Shown here: positions 8,152 through 17,468 of the stretch, piece after piece
Position numbering within the stretch: the stretch's first letter is position 1
Layout of the letters: the number at the start of each line of letters is the position of its first letter
NCBI GenBank assembly: GCA_964512085.1
Contig: CAZEIU010000002.1
Location: 1 to 39,996, forward strand
DNA: 39,996 bases
DNA from: an uncultured Candidatus Saccharibacteria bacterium
GTDB taxonomy: Bacteria > Patescibacteriota > Saccharimonadia > CAILAD01 > BJGX01
Direction of reading: 5' to 3'
Notes under the pieces: model-generated
What the model saw: only the letters and a program-made list of their open reading frames with translations
The model's database searches: none
What the model was told of the DNA's origin: nothing
Made by a program: the position numbers and the translations under genes

Positions 8152-8287
8152 GCCTCCAATGTGCTATTTTGGGCAGTCCAAGCTTACTATAAAAATATTT
8201 CTATGTCAAAAATATACGTATTCCATTTTTTGGCAAATATATTTAAAAGGTGTATGATAATGCTAATACTTAATAAAAAAGGAAAAA

Positions 8288-8788
8288 ATGGCTAAACGTA
8301 AAAAAAATGACCTAGGTAGTAAGGTCTCATCTCTAGTTTTACCTGGAATGATTGTTCTGGCTTGGATAATGGCTCTAAGTGGACAAACTGCTCCCGGCGC
8401 TGTAGCAGGTGAAGTAGCTGCGGCGGGATATATAAAATGGATATTATACTTTTGTGGATGGGTATTTTTATTCTCTAGCGTAATGCATTCTGTTTTTGCC
8501 AAAAAAATGGCTGAGAGTATTGGTTGGAAAACAAATGGTTTTCAATATGAAATTGCCTTTGTGTCGCTTGGGTTAGCCCTAGGTAGCTTTTATGCTGTTT
8601 ATCATGGCATTGAAGCACAAGTAGCAATTTCATTACCTATAATTTCTTTCTTGGCACTCGCTGGCCTTAATCACCTAAAAGAAATTATTAAAGACAAAAA
8701 TTATGCACCCAATAACACTATGATTTTGATTTGGGATTTTGGCGTTCCGTTGTCTTTGGGCTTATTGCTTTTTATGCTTGTTAAATAG
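8288..8788 (+). CDS. Integral membrane protein, unknown function (166 aa)
   Basis: About 5 predicted TM helices. The overlapping antisense ORF 8263-8502 is less protein-like. Confidence 0.6.
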   Translation: MAKRKKNDLGSKVSSLVLPGMIVLAWIMALSGQTAPGAVAGEVAAAGYIKWILYFCGWVFLFSSVMHSVFAKKMAESIGWKTNGFQYEIAFVSLGLALGSFYAVYHGIEAQVAISLPIISFLALAGLNHLKEIIKDKNYAPNNTMILIWDFGVPLSLGLLLFMLVK

Positions 8789-10417
8789 TTAATTATTATA
8801 TTTAACGCCGCTTTCTTCTGGGGGGTCGCTACCGCTTTCTGTTACTATTTTGTTTGCAACACCATTAAAATTATCATTTGTAACAGACCAATTTTTAATT
8901 TGATTTCTGGCTAAGTATGCGATGTCGGTAGTGGTTGGTAGGCCATACCATTTGTTATTATCAAATGTTATGTTTTTGATTTGAAAAACAGGACCAGTTC
9001 GTTTGAGTCTATCGCCCAACAGAGCAAGCTGCTTATTAGAGCTCTTTAGATTGAAAGTATTGTTTTGAAAAACAAAATTCTCTGTGATGAATTTTTGTGA
9101 CTCATCACCGATATAATAATTGCCACGAAGTTCTAATACTGCTTCTCTATCTACACCTCCATCTATTTGCATATTAGAATTCTTTAGTCTTATATTGCGA
9201 GCGTCACCAACCGAGAAAATAGCTTTATATCTTTTTGATTTGGCGTCATTCACATTTAAGTTTTCAAAGACAATATCGTCAGATCTTTCGCCAACATCAA
9301 CTGGCCAAACACCATAAAAATTTTGTGGGGTACAGTCTGTGTTAGGATTGCCCGCCGGGCAAGAGACCGGTTTGTATCGTAAATTTATATTCTTAAACAA
9401 AGTGTGCGATGAGGCCATTTTTACTTCTATTGCTCTACCGGCATATACAGCATTAATATCTGTAAATATATTTTTTATTAGTGCGTTCATCGCTAGAGGA
9501 GTTGTCATGTTCTCAAAATTAACTTGTTTTATAAAACAGCCGTAACACAAACCTCTATCAAAACCTAAATCGCCACCTCTAAAAGTTAAGCCAGATATTT
9601 CTACTGATTGGATACTGTACCACTGTACATCCTTGCCCATCACTGCACTAATATAAGGATCTCTACCTTCAATTTTACAAACCTCTGGGTCTTCGACTTT
9701 ATTGACTGACCTTTCGGCAAAATGCAAAGTGTTACCATCAATACTTTCTATTCTTGTAAACTGAACTTTATCTGGTTGCTCATAATCACCAACTGCAAGG
9801 CCGAGCTTAGAGCGTACACAAACAATTTCACCGGGTTGTAATCTCGCGGTGTCAGCAGAATTTAACAATGTAATTGTATTAGCGCCTTGAGGCCAGACGT
9901 TTTCGGTAGGCTTTGGCTTATTACTAGGCGGTTCGAACTTGGCCGGCATGTTTGTAAAGGTTTGCCTTCGGCCCTGAGCATCATAGTTATTGGTGGGCGT
10001 AAAAGCCCAAGGGTGAGCATCGCCTAATATAATATGACTTTTTTCGCCAGGATTTGTGCTGCCTTGTAGAATGATACTTTGCCCTGGTATGCCTCTTAGC
10101 TGCACATAAGATTTCATTAAAAGCGGCTTAGTTATCTTATATGTACCAGATGGCACCTTTAGTTCTTGTGCTTGCTTTATGCTAGAACCTGAAGCCGATA
10201 CGGTGTCTATTGCCGTTTGAATCGCCACTGTATCATCAGTTATTCCATCACCTATAGCACCAAATTCAATAACAGATTTTGGTGGAGCGCTGGCCTTTGA
10301 AACCAATACAAACATTACGCCGATAACTGCAATGATGCCAACTACTAGAAAAGGCATCCATCGATTATATTTGACTTTATTGTTTAAATTATACCTTTTG
10401 TTTTTTTTGGATGCCAT
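8789..10417 (-). CDS. Membrane-anchored, extracytoplasmic right-handed beta-helix protein (pectate-lyase superfamily/tailspike-like glycosidase fold)
   Basis: N-terminal signal anchor, then 'FGAIGDGITDDTVAIQTAID'. That is the hallmark N-terminal motif of the Pectate_lyase_3/GH28-related family. Confidence 0.75.
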   Translation of the reverse strand: MASKKNKRYNLNNKVKYNRWMPFLVVGIIAVIGVMFVLVSKASAPPKSVIEFGAIGDGITDDTVAIQTAIDTVSASGSSIKQAQELKVPSGTYKITKPLLMKSYVQLRGIPGQSIILQGSTNPGEKSHIILGDAHPWAFTPTNNYDAQGRRQTFTNMPAKFEPPSNKPKPTENVWPQGANTITLLNSADTARLQPGEIVCVRSKLGLAVGDYEQPDKVQFTRIESIDGNTLHFAERSVNKVEDPEVCKIEGRDPYISAVMGKDVQWYSIQSVEISGLTFRGGDLGFDRGLCYGCFIKQVNFENMTTPLAMNALIKNIFTDINAVYAGRAIEVKMASSHTLFKNINLRYKPVSCPAGNPNTDCTPQNFYGVWPVDVGERSDDIVFENLNVNDAKSKRYKAIFSVGDARNIRLKNSNMQIDGGVDREAVLELRGNYYIGDESQKFITENFVFQNNTFNLKSSNKQLALLGDRLKRTGPVFQIKNITFDNNKWYGLPTTTDIAYLARNQIKNWSVTNDNFNGVANKIVTESGSDPPEESGVKYNN

Positions 10418-10471
10418 GATTATATTTTGATGTAATTATACCATAAGCGAAATATTTAATATAATAAGTAT

Positions 10472-11314
10472 ATGCCTACAAAAAAATATAATTTGTTTTA
10501 CAAATTTAAGTTATGGTTTTGGTATAAGACTAAAGTCAAAAAAACTTTAAATATTAAAATAATAAAAAGTAATAATAAAAACTCACCGCAGGTAGTGTTA
10601 TTGCACGGTATTGCTAGCAATATGCTTGTTTGGAATGATGTTGTAAGCAACCTTAAAGGCAAGTATAATATCGTTCTTATAGACTTGCTTGGGTTTGGTA
10701 AGTCGCCAAAACCAGATGATATTGCATACAATGCTGATCAACATGCTTATTTGGTTTATTACTCACTCAAAAAAGCTCGTGCCTATAAACCCTCTGTTTT
10801 TATTGGCCACTCTATGGGCGCAATAATAGCTACTCGTTTTGCAGTAAGTTACCCAAAAAATGTTACCAAGCTTGAACTCTGCTCTTTGCCTATTTATAGA
10901 AGAAGTGAACTTACCGACAAAAAACTTTTTGCATGGCAGAGAGAAACTGACAACTTATACTTTCGTCTTTATGGTCTATTGAGACACAAAAAAGATTTTT
11001 CAATAAAAACAGCACAAGTGTTACGCAAAATGGGTATGCGACAAGTTGAGCTCAATGAACAGTCTTGGTTAGCATTTAGAAATAGTCTTCAGAATACTAT
11101 CGAAAATCAAAACGTAGAAGTCGATATTAGAAAAATAAAAGTACCTATTAGAATCATATATGGTAAATTTGATTTTCTGTTAATCTCCAAACATTTAAAA
11201 AGCTTGGCAAAATATAGCAATGTATTTGTAACACAAGTAAACGCTCATCATGATATTACCAAACGATTCGCAAAAGAGATTGTTACAGATTTAGAACGAA
11301 CTACAAAGAACTAG
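10472..11314 (+). CDS. Alpha/beta-fold hydrolase
   Basis: 'VVLLHGIASN' (oxyanion region) and the nucleophile elbow 'GHSMGA'. A C-terminal 'HHD' is a candidate catalytic His. Confidence 0.8.
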   Translation: MPTKKYNLFYKFKLWFWYKTKVKKTLNIKIIKSNNKNSPQVVLLHGIASNMLVWNDVVSNLKGKYNIVLIDLLGFGKSPKPDDIAYNADQHAYLVYYSLKKARAYKPSVFIGHSMGAIIATRFAVSYPKNVTKLELCSLPIYRRSELTDKKLFAWQRETDNLYFRLYGLLRHKKDFSIKTAQVLRKMGMRQVELNEQSWLAFRNSLQNTIENQNVEVDIRKIKVPIRIIYGKFDFLLISKHLKSLAKYSNVFVTQVNAHHDITKRFAKEIVTDLERTTKN

Positions 11315-11329
11315 GCTATAATTATATTA

Positions 11330-12895
11330 ATGAACGCTTTATCGAAATCTGAATACATGATGTTTCTTAAGCATCCGGCATGGTTGTGGCTTAAGCGCCA
11401 TGACAAATCAAAACTGCCAGAACCCGATGCTAATCAACAAGCTATGTTTGATGCCGGAAATCTATTTGAGAGCTACGCCGAAGAAAGATTTGATAATATT
11501 GTGCGCGTTGGTTTTGAAAACTATCAAGAGTATTTAACTATGCCAGAGCGTACGCAAAAGGTTCTTTTAACAGCCGAAGTTATTACGCAGGCTCGTTTTG
11601 AAGCTGCATTTACAGATCGATATAAAATCACCTGTATTGTGGATGTAATTAAAAAAGTTGGCGAAAATGAATATGATCTATATGAGATTAAGTCGAGCAC
11701 CAAAGTAAAGCCAGAGCATATAGAAGACCTAGCCTTTCAATTGTTGGTACTTGAAAACTGCGGCTATAAGATTCGAAATATATATGTTATTTATTGCAAC
11801 AATCAATATGTGAGGCAGGGGCAGATTGATTCGGCAGAACTAACGGTTAGTCAAAACGTAACCGAAATGGTTCGATCAAGACTCGAGTTTTGCAAAAAGG
11901 CAACCAAAGAAGCTTTTGAGTGTATCGAGCTAAATGAAATGCCCGACCCGACTCCACGACGAACCAAACTTGGCGCCTTTAGCGAATGGCTCAAAATATA
12001 TCTTAGCTTGGTACCTCAGAATGATAAATATTCTATTTATAAACTCGCTCAAGCTAAGCCAGAACAGTTAGGGCAACTAGAAGATATGCATATAGAATCA
12101 CTAAATGATGTTCCTAGCGGCTTTTTGCTTAAGCCTGTACAAAAACGCCAAATAGAAGCTACTAAGTTGGGCCAAGTAGTAGTTGATCAAATTAAAATTG
12201 AAAATTTTATTACAAAGCTACAATACCCCTTATATTTTTTAGATTACGAAACTCTAGCCTCTGTGGTGCCGCCATTTGACGGCCTTAAGCCTTATCAGCA
12301 ATTACCCTTTCAATACTCATTGCATGTTATTGATTCACCAAACGGAGAACTCAAACACTATGAATATTTACATACACTCGAAACCAGTCCGGTGCAAGAA
12401 TTACTCAAACATTTGCAAGACCAAATCGGCACTCATGGAACAGTTTTGGTTTGGTACGAAGGTTTTGAAAAAACCTGCAATGACTTGATGGGCAAGCTAG
12501 AGCCTGAGTATGCTAGTTTTTTACAGGCTGTAAACGATAGAGTAGTAGATTTGATGATTCCGTTTCAGAAAGGTTGGTATGTCGATGCTGATTTTTATGG
12601 ATCAGCTAGTATCAAAAACGTATTGCCGGTAATTGCGCCAGAGCTAAGTTATAAAGATATGGAAATATCTGAGGGAGCATCGGCTCAGCGCCTTTGGATG
12701 AGTGCTGTATACGACAATGCTTTTAGTGGCGAAGAAAAAGACAAACTTATGAAAAATTTACTAGCGTATTGTGAGCTCGATACCTATGCCATGGTTAAAA
12801 TCTTTGAATTTTTATTGGCATTCATAAATAATGAAGAAGCATCAGGAACTGATTCACAGCCGCTACAAACTTTTAAACAACAATCGCTATTTTAG
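11330..12895 (+). CDS. DUF2779-like protein: N-terminal PD-(D/E)xK nuclease fold plus C-terminal DnaQ/RNase-H-like exonuclease fold
   Basis: 'IVDVI...(14 aa)...LYEIKSS' fits D...ExK. 'FLDYETL', 'PFQYSLH' and 'YCELDTYAM' fit DEDD-type exonuclease motifs. Confidence 0.55.
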   Translation: MNALSKSEYMMFLKHPAWLWLKRHDKSKLPEPDANQQAMFDAGNLFESYAEERFDNIVRVGFENYQEYLTMPERTQKVLLTAEVITQARFEAAFTDRYKITCIVDVIKKVGENEYDLYEIKSSTKVKPEHIEDLAFQLLVLENCGYKIRNIYVIYCNNQYVRQGQIDSAELTVSQNVTEMVRSRLEFCKKATKEAFECIELNEMPDPTPRRTKLGAFSEWLKIYLSLVPQNDKYSIYKLAQAKPEQLGQLEDMHIESLNDVPSGFLLKPVQKRQIEATKLGQVVVDQIKIENFITKLQYPLYFLDYETLASVVPPFDGLKPYQQLPFQYSLHVIDSPNGELKHYEYLHTLETSPVQELLKHLQDQIGTHGTVLVWYEGFEKTCNDLMGKLEPEYASFLQAVNDRVVDLMIPFQKGWYVDADFYGSASIKNVLPVIAPELSYKDMEISEGASAQRLWMSAVYDNAFSGEEKDKLMKNLLAYCELDTYAMVKIFEFLLAFINNEEASGTDSQPLQTFKQQSLF

Positions 12896-12909
12896 AGAAA
12901 GGAATAATT

Positions 12910-13311
12910 ATGCTTAAGAAAACCAAATCAAGTCGCCACCTGTTGATTATTATATCTGCAATAGCAACTTTAATTATCATGATTTTGATATATATTTGGT
13001 ATTACCTGAGTATACAAACTCACGCTCTAAATGGCACTATTACACAAATAAAGTATAATTGCGGGCCCAATAAAATACTTACTGCCGATAATAAAGTGAT
13101 AACCAGTACTGACAATACGCTTTGTGATGTAGGTGATTCTATCGTTGTGGGCGGCAAGAATATCTATACATCAAGTGGGAATGTTGCAGAGGATAAACGA
13201 TTCTCGGTAGATATTAGCAGTTTTGAACCAGGAGATAGAGTTAAAGTTATATATGTAGATCATGGTAGTTTTAGTTTGAATTGTAGTAAATGCTCTATAA
13301 CTAAAGAATAG
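12910..13311 (+). CDS. Hypothetical membrane-anchored protein (133 aa)
   Basis: One N-terminal TM helix followed by a Cys-containing extracytoplasmic domain. I recognise no family. Confidence 0.5.
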   Translation: MLKKTKSSRHLLIIISAIATLIIMILIYIWYYLSIQTHALNGTITQIKYNCGPNKILTADNKVITSTDNTLCDVGDSIVVGGKNIYTSSGNVAEDKRFSVDISSFEPGDRVKVIYVDHGSFSLNCSKCSITKE

Positions 13312-13343
13312 CAACATTTAATATATTGCTCAGATACAATTGA

Positions 13344-13372
13344 TTGCATTTATTTGTAGCAAATGCTATAAT
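13344..13372 (+). promoter_or_regulatory. Candidate typA promoter (TTGCAT-17 nt-TGcTATAAT)
   Basis: TTGCAT at 13344-13349 and an extended -10 'tgctataat' ending at 13372. It lies inside the over-long ORF call, which argues against the TTG 13344 start. Confidence 0.4.
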
Positions 13373-13385
13373 ATTGGTTATATGT

Positions 13386-13427
13386 AGCGCGAAAGCATTT
13401 ACATTTGCTAGAGCGCTTTTATTTTTT
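13386..13427 (+). terminator. Composite hairpin plus long T-tract in the typA leader (attenuator, or late terminator of the upstream gene)
   Basis: AGCGC (13386-13390) pairs with GCGCT (13413-13417). An inner AGCA/TGCT pairing follows, then TTTTATTTTTT. Confidence 0.4.
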
Positions 13428-13439
13428 ACTAAAAAATTT

Positions 13440-15266
13440 ATGAACAATACCAATCAAGACCCAACTAAAATTCGTAATATCGCCATTATTGCTCACGTAG
13501 ACCACGGCAAAACTACCTTGGTAGATGGGCTGCTTAAGCAATCGCAAACTTTTCGTGACAACCAAGCCGAAATGAACCAAGAGCTCATTATGGATAGCGG
13601 AGATCAAGAGCGCGAACGTGGCATTACTATTACAGCCAAAACAACTGCTGTTACTCACAATGATTATCGTATAAATATTATCGATACGCCTGGGCATGCC
13701 GACTTCAGTGGTGAAGTAGAACGCACTCTCAATATGGCCGACGGCTGTCTATTAATAGTTGATGCTCAAGAAGGGCCTATGCCTCAAACTAAATTTGTTT
13801 TGCAAAAAGCTTTGGTTGGCAACCTAAAACCAATTGTAGTAATAAACAAAATTGACAAGCCGGGCAGTAGAGTAGCCGAAGTAGAAGAAGAATTGGCAGA
13901 TTTATTTTTGGAGCTTGCCGTACACGAAGACCAACTTCATTATGCAGTCTATTATGCCATTAGTCGCGAGGGCAAAGCATGGTCACAGATGCCTAGTGAT
14001 ATGACCGCCGAAGCAAACCTCGATGTTTTATTTGATGCAATTATAGAAGGTATTCCGGCCCCAAGCGTGGAGTTGGATGGTGATTTTCAGATGCTCGTGA
14101 CAGCTCTAAGGTGGGATAGCTATAAAGGTAAATACGCAATTGGTAGAATCAATCGAGGTAAGGTTAAACCCAACGACAACTTAGTACTTTGCCAAAAAGA
14201 CGGCAAACAAACCAAGGTAAGTATAGACAACGTTTTTATTAGCCGCGGACTTTCTGTAGTAGAATCGCCAGTTGGTATTGCTGGAGATATTGTGCAGCTT
14301 ACCGGAATAGCCAACGCCCAAATTGGTGAGACTATTGCTGGAGGCGATAATCCAGAAGCTTTGCCGATAATTGAGGTTGAATCGCCAACCCTTAAGATCT
14401 ATATTGGGCCAAACACTAGCCCAGTAAAAGGTACTGAAGGAGACTTTACTACTTCGCGCCAAATAGGCGATAGACTGCAAAAAGAACTCGAAACCAATGT
14501 AGGTTTGCAAGTAGAGCAAAACGATGTGGGCTTTTTGGTAAGTGGTAGAGGCGAACTACACCTAAGTGTATTAATAGAGTCATTGCGTAGGGAGGGGTTT
14601 GAGATAGAAGTTGGACGACCGCAAGTTGTTACCAAACAAGAAGACGGTAAAACAATGGAGCCAATAGAAGAGCTGAGCATTGAGGTGCCTCCGGAACATG
14701 TCGGTGCTGTGCAGATGGAGCTCGGTACTCGCCGCGCCGAACTAAAAGAACAGTTCAGTACTAGTAAGGGTGTGTCTAAGTTGGTTTACGAACTACCTAC
14801 TCGAGCTTTGCTTGGTTTACGTAGTGTGCTTATGACCAACACTAAAGGCGCTGCAGTAATTAATAGTCTTATGATTGGCTATCAAGAACAGGGTGGTGCG
14901 CTCAAGCAACTACGCAACGGTGCACTTATAGCTTTTGAGACTGGCACAACTACTGCATACTCACTACAAAAAGTTGAAGAACGCGGGGTTTGTTTTGTAG
15001 AGCCAGGTATAAAAGTATATGCCGGTCAAATAATTGGCCTAAACAACCGTAGCGAAGATATGGAGATTAATGTTTGCAAAGGCAAACAGCTTACCAACAT
15101 GCGAACTAGCTCTAGCGATGGTATTGTACAACTAATGCCACCAGTCAAAATGAGCTTAGAAGAATGTATAGATTTCATTGAAGACGATGAGCTATTAGAG
15201 GTTACGCCCAAATCACTGCGACTTCGCAAACGCGAACTCGACCCCAACAAGCGCAAGCGAAAATAA
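13440..15266 (+). CDS. typA: Translational GTPase TypA/BipA
   Basis: 'IRNIAIIAHVDHGKTTLVD', 'DTPGHADF', 'NKIDK' and an EF-G-like domain layout. About 608 aa when started at the ATG at 13440. Confidence 0.9.
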   Translation: MNNTNQDPTKIRNIAIIAHVDHGKTTLVDGLLKQSQTFRDNQAEMNQELIMDSGDQERERGITITAKTTAVTHNDYRINIIDTPGHADFSGEVERTLNMADGCLLIVDAQEGPMPQTKFVLQKALVGNLKPIVVINKIDKPGSRVAEVEEELADLFLELAVHEDQLHYAVYYAISREGKAWSQMPSDMTAEANLDVLFDAIIEGIPAPSVELDGDFQMLVTALRWDSYKGKYAIGRINRGKVKPNDNLVLCQKDGKQTKVSIDNVFISRGLSVVESPVGIAGDIVQLTGIANAQIGETIAGGDNPEALPIIEVESPTLKIYIGPNTSPVKGTEGDFTTSRQIGDRLQKELETNVGLQVEQNDVGFLVSGRGELHLSVLIESLRREGFEIEVGRPQVVTKQEDGKTMEPIEELSIEVPPEHVGAVQMELGTRRAELKEQFSTSKGVSKLVYELPTRALLGLRSVLMTNTKGAAVINSLMIGYQEQGGALKQLRNGALIAFETGTTTAYSLQKVEERGVCFVEPGIKVYAGQIIGLNNRSEDMEINVCKGKQLTNMRTSSSDGIVQLMPPVKMSLEECIDFIEDDELLEVTPKSLRLRKRELDPNKRKRK

Positions 15267-15352
15267 TTTTTACATTAAATACTTAAGCTTGCATCTTATA
15301 TAAAACTAGTTTAAAGTATCTTAGCCGCTACAAATCAACCGAAAGGCAGACT

Positions 15353-15748
15353 ATGACTTCTAGCGAAGCAACTCAAGTGTGGGATAATACTGGTAGTGAT
15401 AGCCCAGACTTAAAACCGACCAATTGGAGCCTTGCAAAAACCCCTTGGCCAACTGGACCTTTTGAAAACGTTATATATTTGTTTCCGCCAGATGATCCGC
15501 GAAGTGCACTTATAAAAAGAGCCGAACAAAGACTTTTGTTAGATAGCCAAGAGGCATGGGTATTGGTAAAAGAAAGTGAAATTAAAGCAATTTTACATCT
15601 ACGCACTTGTAGAAGTACACACGTATTTGATCGTGATGGTGGTAAGATAGAACCATTTACGGCACACTGCATCTTACAAGCTGGCCATACCGGTAGTCAT
15701 GGCAACGGATATTTTACATGGAAACCAGAATTAATTGTTGTCAAATAA
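15353..15748 (+). CDS. Hypothetical protein (131 aa)
   Basis: Clean ORF followed by a strong terminator. No motif recognised. Confidence 0.5.
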   Translation: MTSSEATQVWDNTGSDSPDLKPTNWSLAKTPWPTGPFENVIYLFPPDDPRSALIKRAEQRLLLDSQEAWVLVKESEIKAILHLRTCRSTHVFDRDGGKIEPFTAHCILQAGHTGSHGNGYFTWKPELIVVK

Positions 15749-15754
15749 ACGTAT

Positions 15755-15785
15755 AAGCTTACCAATAATAGGTAGGCTTTTTTTT
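15755..15785. terminator. Bidirectional rho-independent terminator between convergent genes
   Basis: AAGCTTACC (15755-15763) pairs with GGTAGGCTT (15771-15779), with one G-U pair. It is followed by T7. Confidence 0.65.
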
Positions 15786-16950
15786 AATTACCAACAATAT
15801 ATAGCTCTTCTTCGGCTCGCGTAACGGCGGTATAGAGCCAACGGCGCCAGTCATCGTCGCTCATTTGCGAAAATCTTTCTTCAAATAATAATACTCGCTG
15901 GGCTTGTGAACCCTGAGCCTTATGTACAGTAAGGGCATAGCCAAAATCAAACAAACCAATCAAGTCTGTCTTTTTGCGCTTAGGTAGGCGCGACATTGTA
16001 GTAAGCGCGCCAAATTGTTCACGCGGGGCATAGCCCTCAAAACTTGTCCCGTCAAAGTCGGCTTGCAAATACCACCATTGTTTTTTAGTGTCATCATCGG
16101 CTTCGCCAATAAACTTAATAACACCTACTTGTCCATTGCTAAGCCCACTCTCACGACTATTGCGTAAGCATACAATTACATCACCGGCCATGGGGTCTGG
16201 CGACTCAAACTCTTTTAATTCTCTTATATAGCTATTGAGTTTTTGGCGAGTGTGGTTGTAGCCACAGAGCACCAAACTTTCGTCGTTGTGACGACGTAAT
16301 ATCTCCTCTACAATTTCGCCAGTTTCAATATTGGACTTTTGCATTTTTTTTACAATTGGCGAGTAGTCGCCCACTAATACCTCGCCGTTTATACGAGCAT
16401 TGGTGGCAATTTTTATTATTGGGCTAGTTGCCGATTGACGAAATATTTGCTCCAACTTTATTTGGGGCTCTGCCATCAGATTAAAATCTGAGCCTATTGG
16501 TGGTAATTGCCCATGATCACCAACGGCCAAAATAGGTATATTATAGCTTAGTAGATCCTGCCAAATATCTTGGCCAATCATACTGGCTTCATCGGCTATA
16601 ATTAGATCGTACTTAAGTGATTCGCGTTTACGCCAACTCACCGGCTGGTCTTTTTTGGAGTTTGAGTAGTATATAAGCCCATGAATAGTTGATATAGTGT
16701 CGATGCTTTTTACGGCTTTTTGCGAGCGTAAATGCTTTTTTAAGACTTGGGTGGCTTTGCCAGTATAAGCCACAAACGCCAAGCGCATGCCGGGTCGATT
16801 ATTAGCAAGCAACTCACGCAGTGCTGCAATAAGCGTTGTTTTGCCAGTGCCGGCATAACCGCCTAGCGTTAAATATGGCTGATCTTTAGATTTTAGCCAT
16901 GCGCCTATTGTGCTGAGTGCCTCAGCTTGTTGGGTAGAGAGTTTTTGCAT
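15784..16950 (-). CDS. Compact SF1B RecD/Dda-like ATP-dependent DNA helicase (388 aa)
   Basis: Walker A 'GYAGTGKTT', Walker B 'LIIADEASMI', 'AVGDHGQLPPI' and a C-terminal 'ALTVHKAQGSQ'. Confidence 0.8.
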   Translation of the reverse strand: MQKLSTQQAEALSTIGAWLKSKDQPYLTLGGYAGTGKTTLIAALRELLANNRPGMRLAFVAYTGKATQVLKKHLRSQKAVKSIDTISTIHGLIYYSNSKKDQPVSWRKRESLKYDLIIADEASMIGQDIWQDLLSYNIPILAVGDHGQLPPIGSDFNLMAEPQIKLEQIFRQSATSPIIKIATNARINGEVLVGDYSPIVKKMQKSNIETGEIVEEILRRHNDESLVLCGYNHTRQKLNSYIRELKEFESPDPMAGDVIVCLRNSRESGLSNGQVGVIKFIGEADDDTKKQWWYLQADFDGTSFEGYAPREQFGALTTMSRLPKRKKTDLIGLFDFGYALTVHKAQGSQAQRVLLFEERFSQMSDDDWRRWLYTAVTRAEEELYIVGN

Positions 16951-17020
16951 GTGTTATTTATTGTAACAAAATAGCTACTACTTATTAGTACAATCTTTTA
17001 CTACTAAAATTTTATTTATA

Positions 17021-17395
17021 CTAATCGTGGTGAGCGGCCATGGCATCGGCCTTGGTAGCATGTACAGTGCCGTCGGGGTGCTCTGGTGGTGAGTAAATGG
17101 TGTAGAGTTTGAGCTTGCCTTCACCTGTATTTACGATATTGTGTTCTACTCCAGCTGGTATAACTACACAACTTCCATCGCTCATTTCAGATTCTTCGCC
17201 ATTTAAAATAGCTTTGGCACTACCTTCGTCGATACGAATAAACTGATCGTGCTCTGGGTGAGTTTCGAGCCCAATTTCTTCGCCTACTTCTAGGCTCATT
17301 ACTACTAACTGCATGTTTTTGCCAGTATATAATACCTTGCGAAAATTATTATTTTCTAATGTATCCTTTTCGATATTTGTTACAAATCCAACCAT
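17021..17395 (-). CDS. Cupin-domain protein
   Basis: Two-motif cupin pattern: 'GEEIGLETHPEHDQFIRIDEG' and 'VVIPAGVEHNIVNTG'. Confidence 0.75.
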   Translation of the reverse strand: MVGFVTNIEKDTLENNNFRKVLYTGKNMQLVVMSLEVGEEIGLETHPEHDQFIRIDEGSAKAILNGEESEMSDGSCVVIPAGVEHNIVNTGEGKLKLYTIYSPPEHPDGTVHATKADAMAAHHD

Positions 17396-17468
17396 AAATG
17401 CCTCCTTTATTTATGTCTTTATTATATCACACCCAACTAAGCTCAAAACTTTGATATAATATTTGTCT

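Noticed and set aside
13344-13439. TTG-initiated 32-codon N-terminal extension of typA in the ORF track
   Set aside because: The TTG coincides with a -35-like hexamer. The extension is hydrophobic and unlike TypA N-termini. The canonical G1 motif begins about 15 residues after the ATG at 13440.
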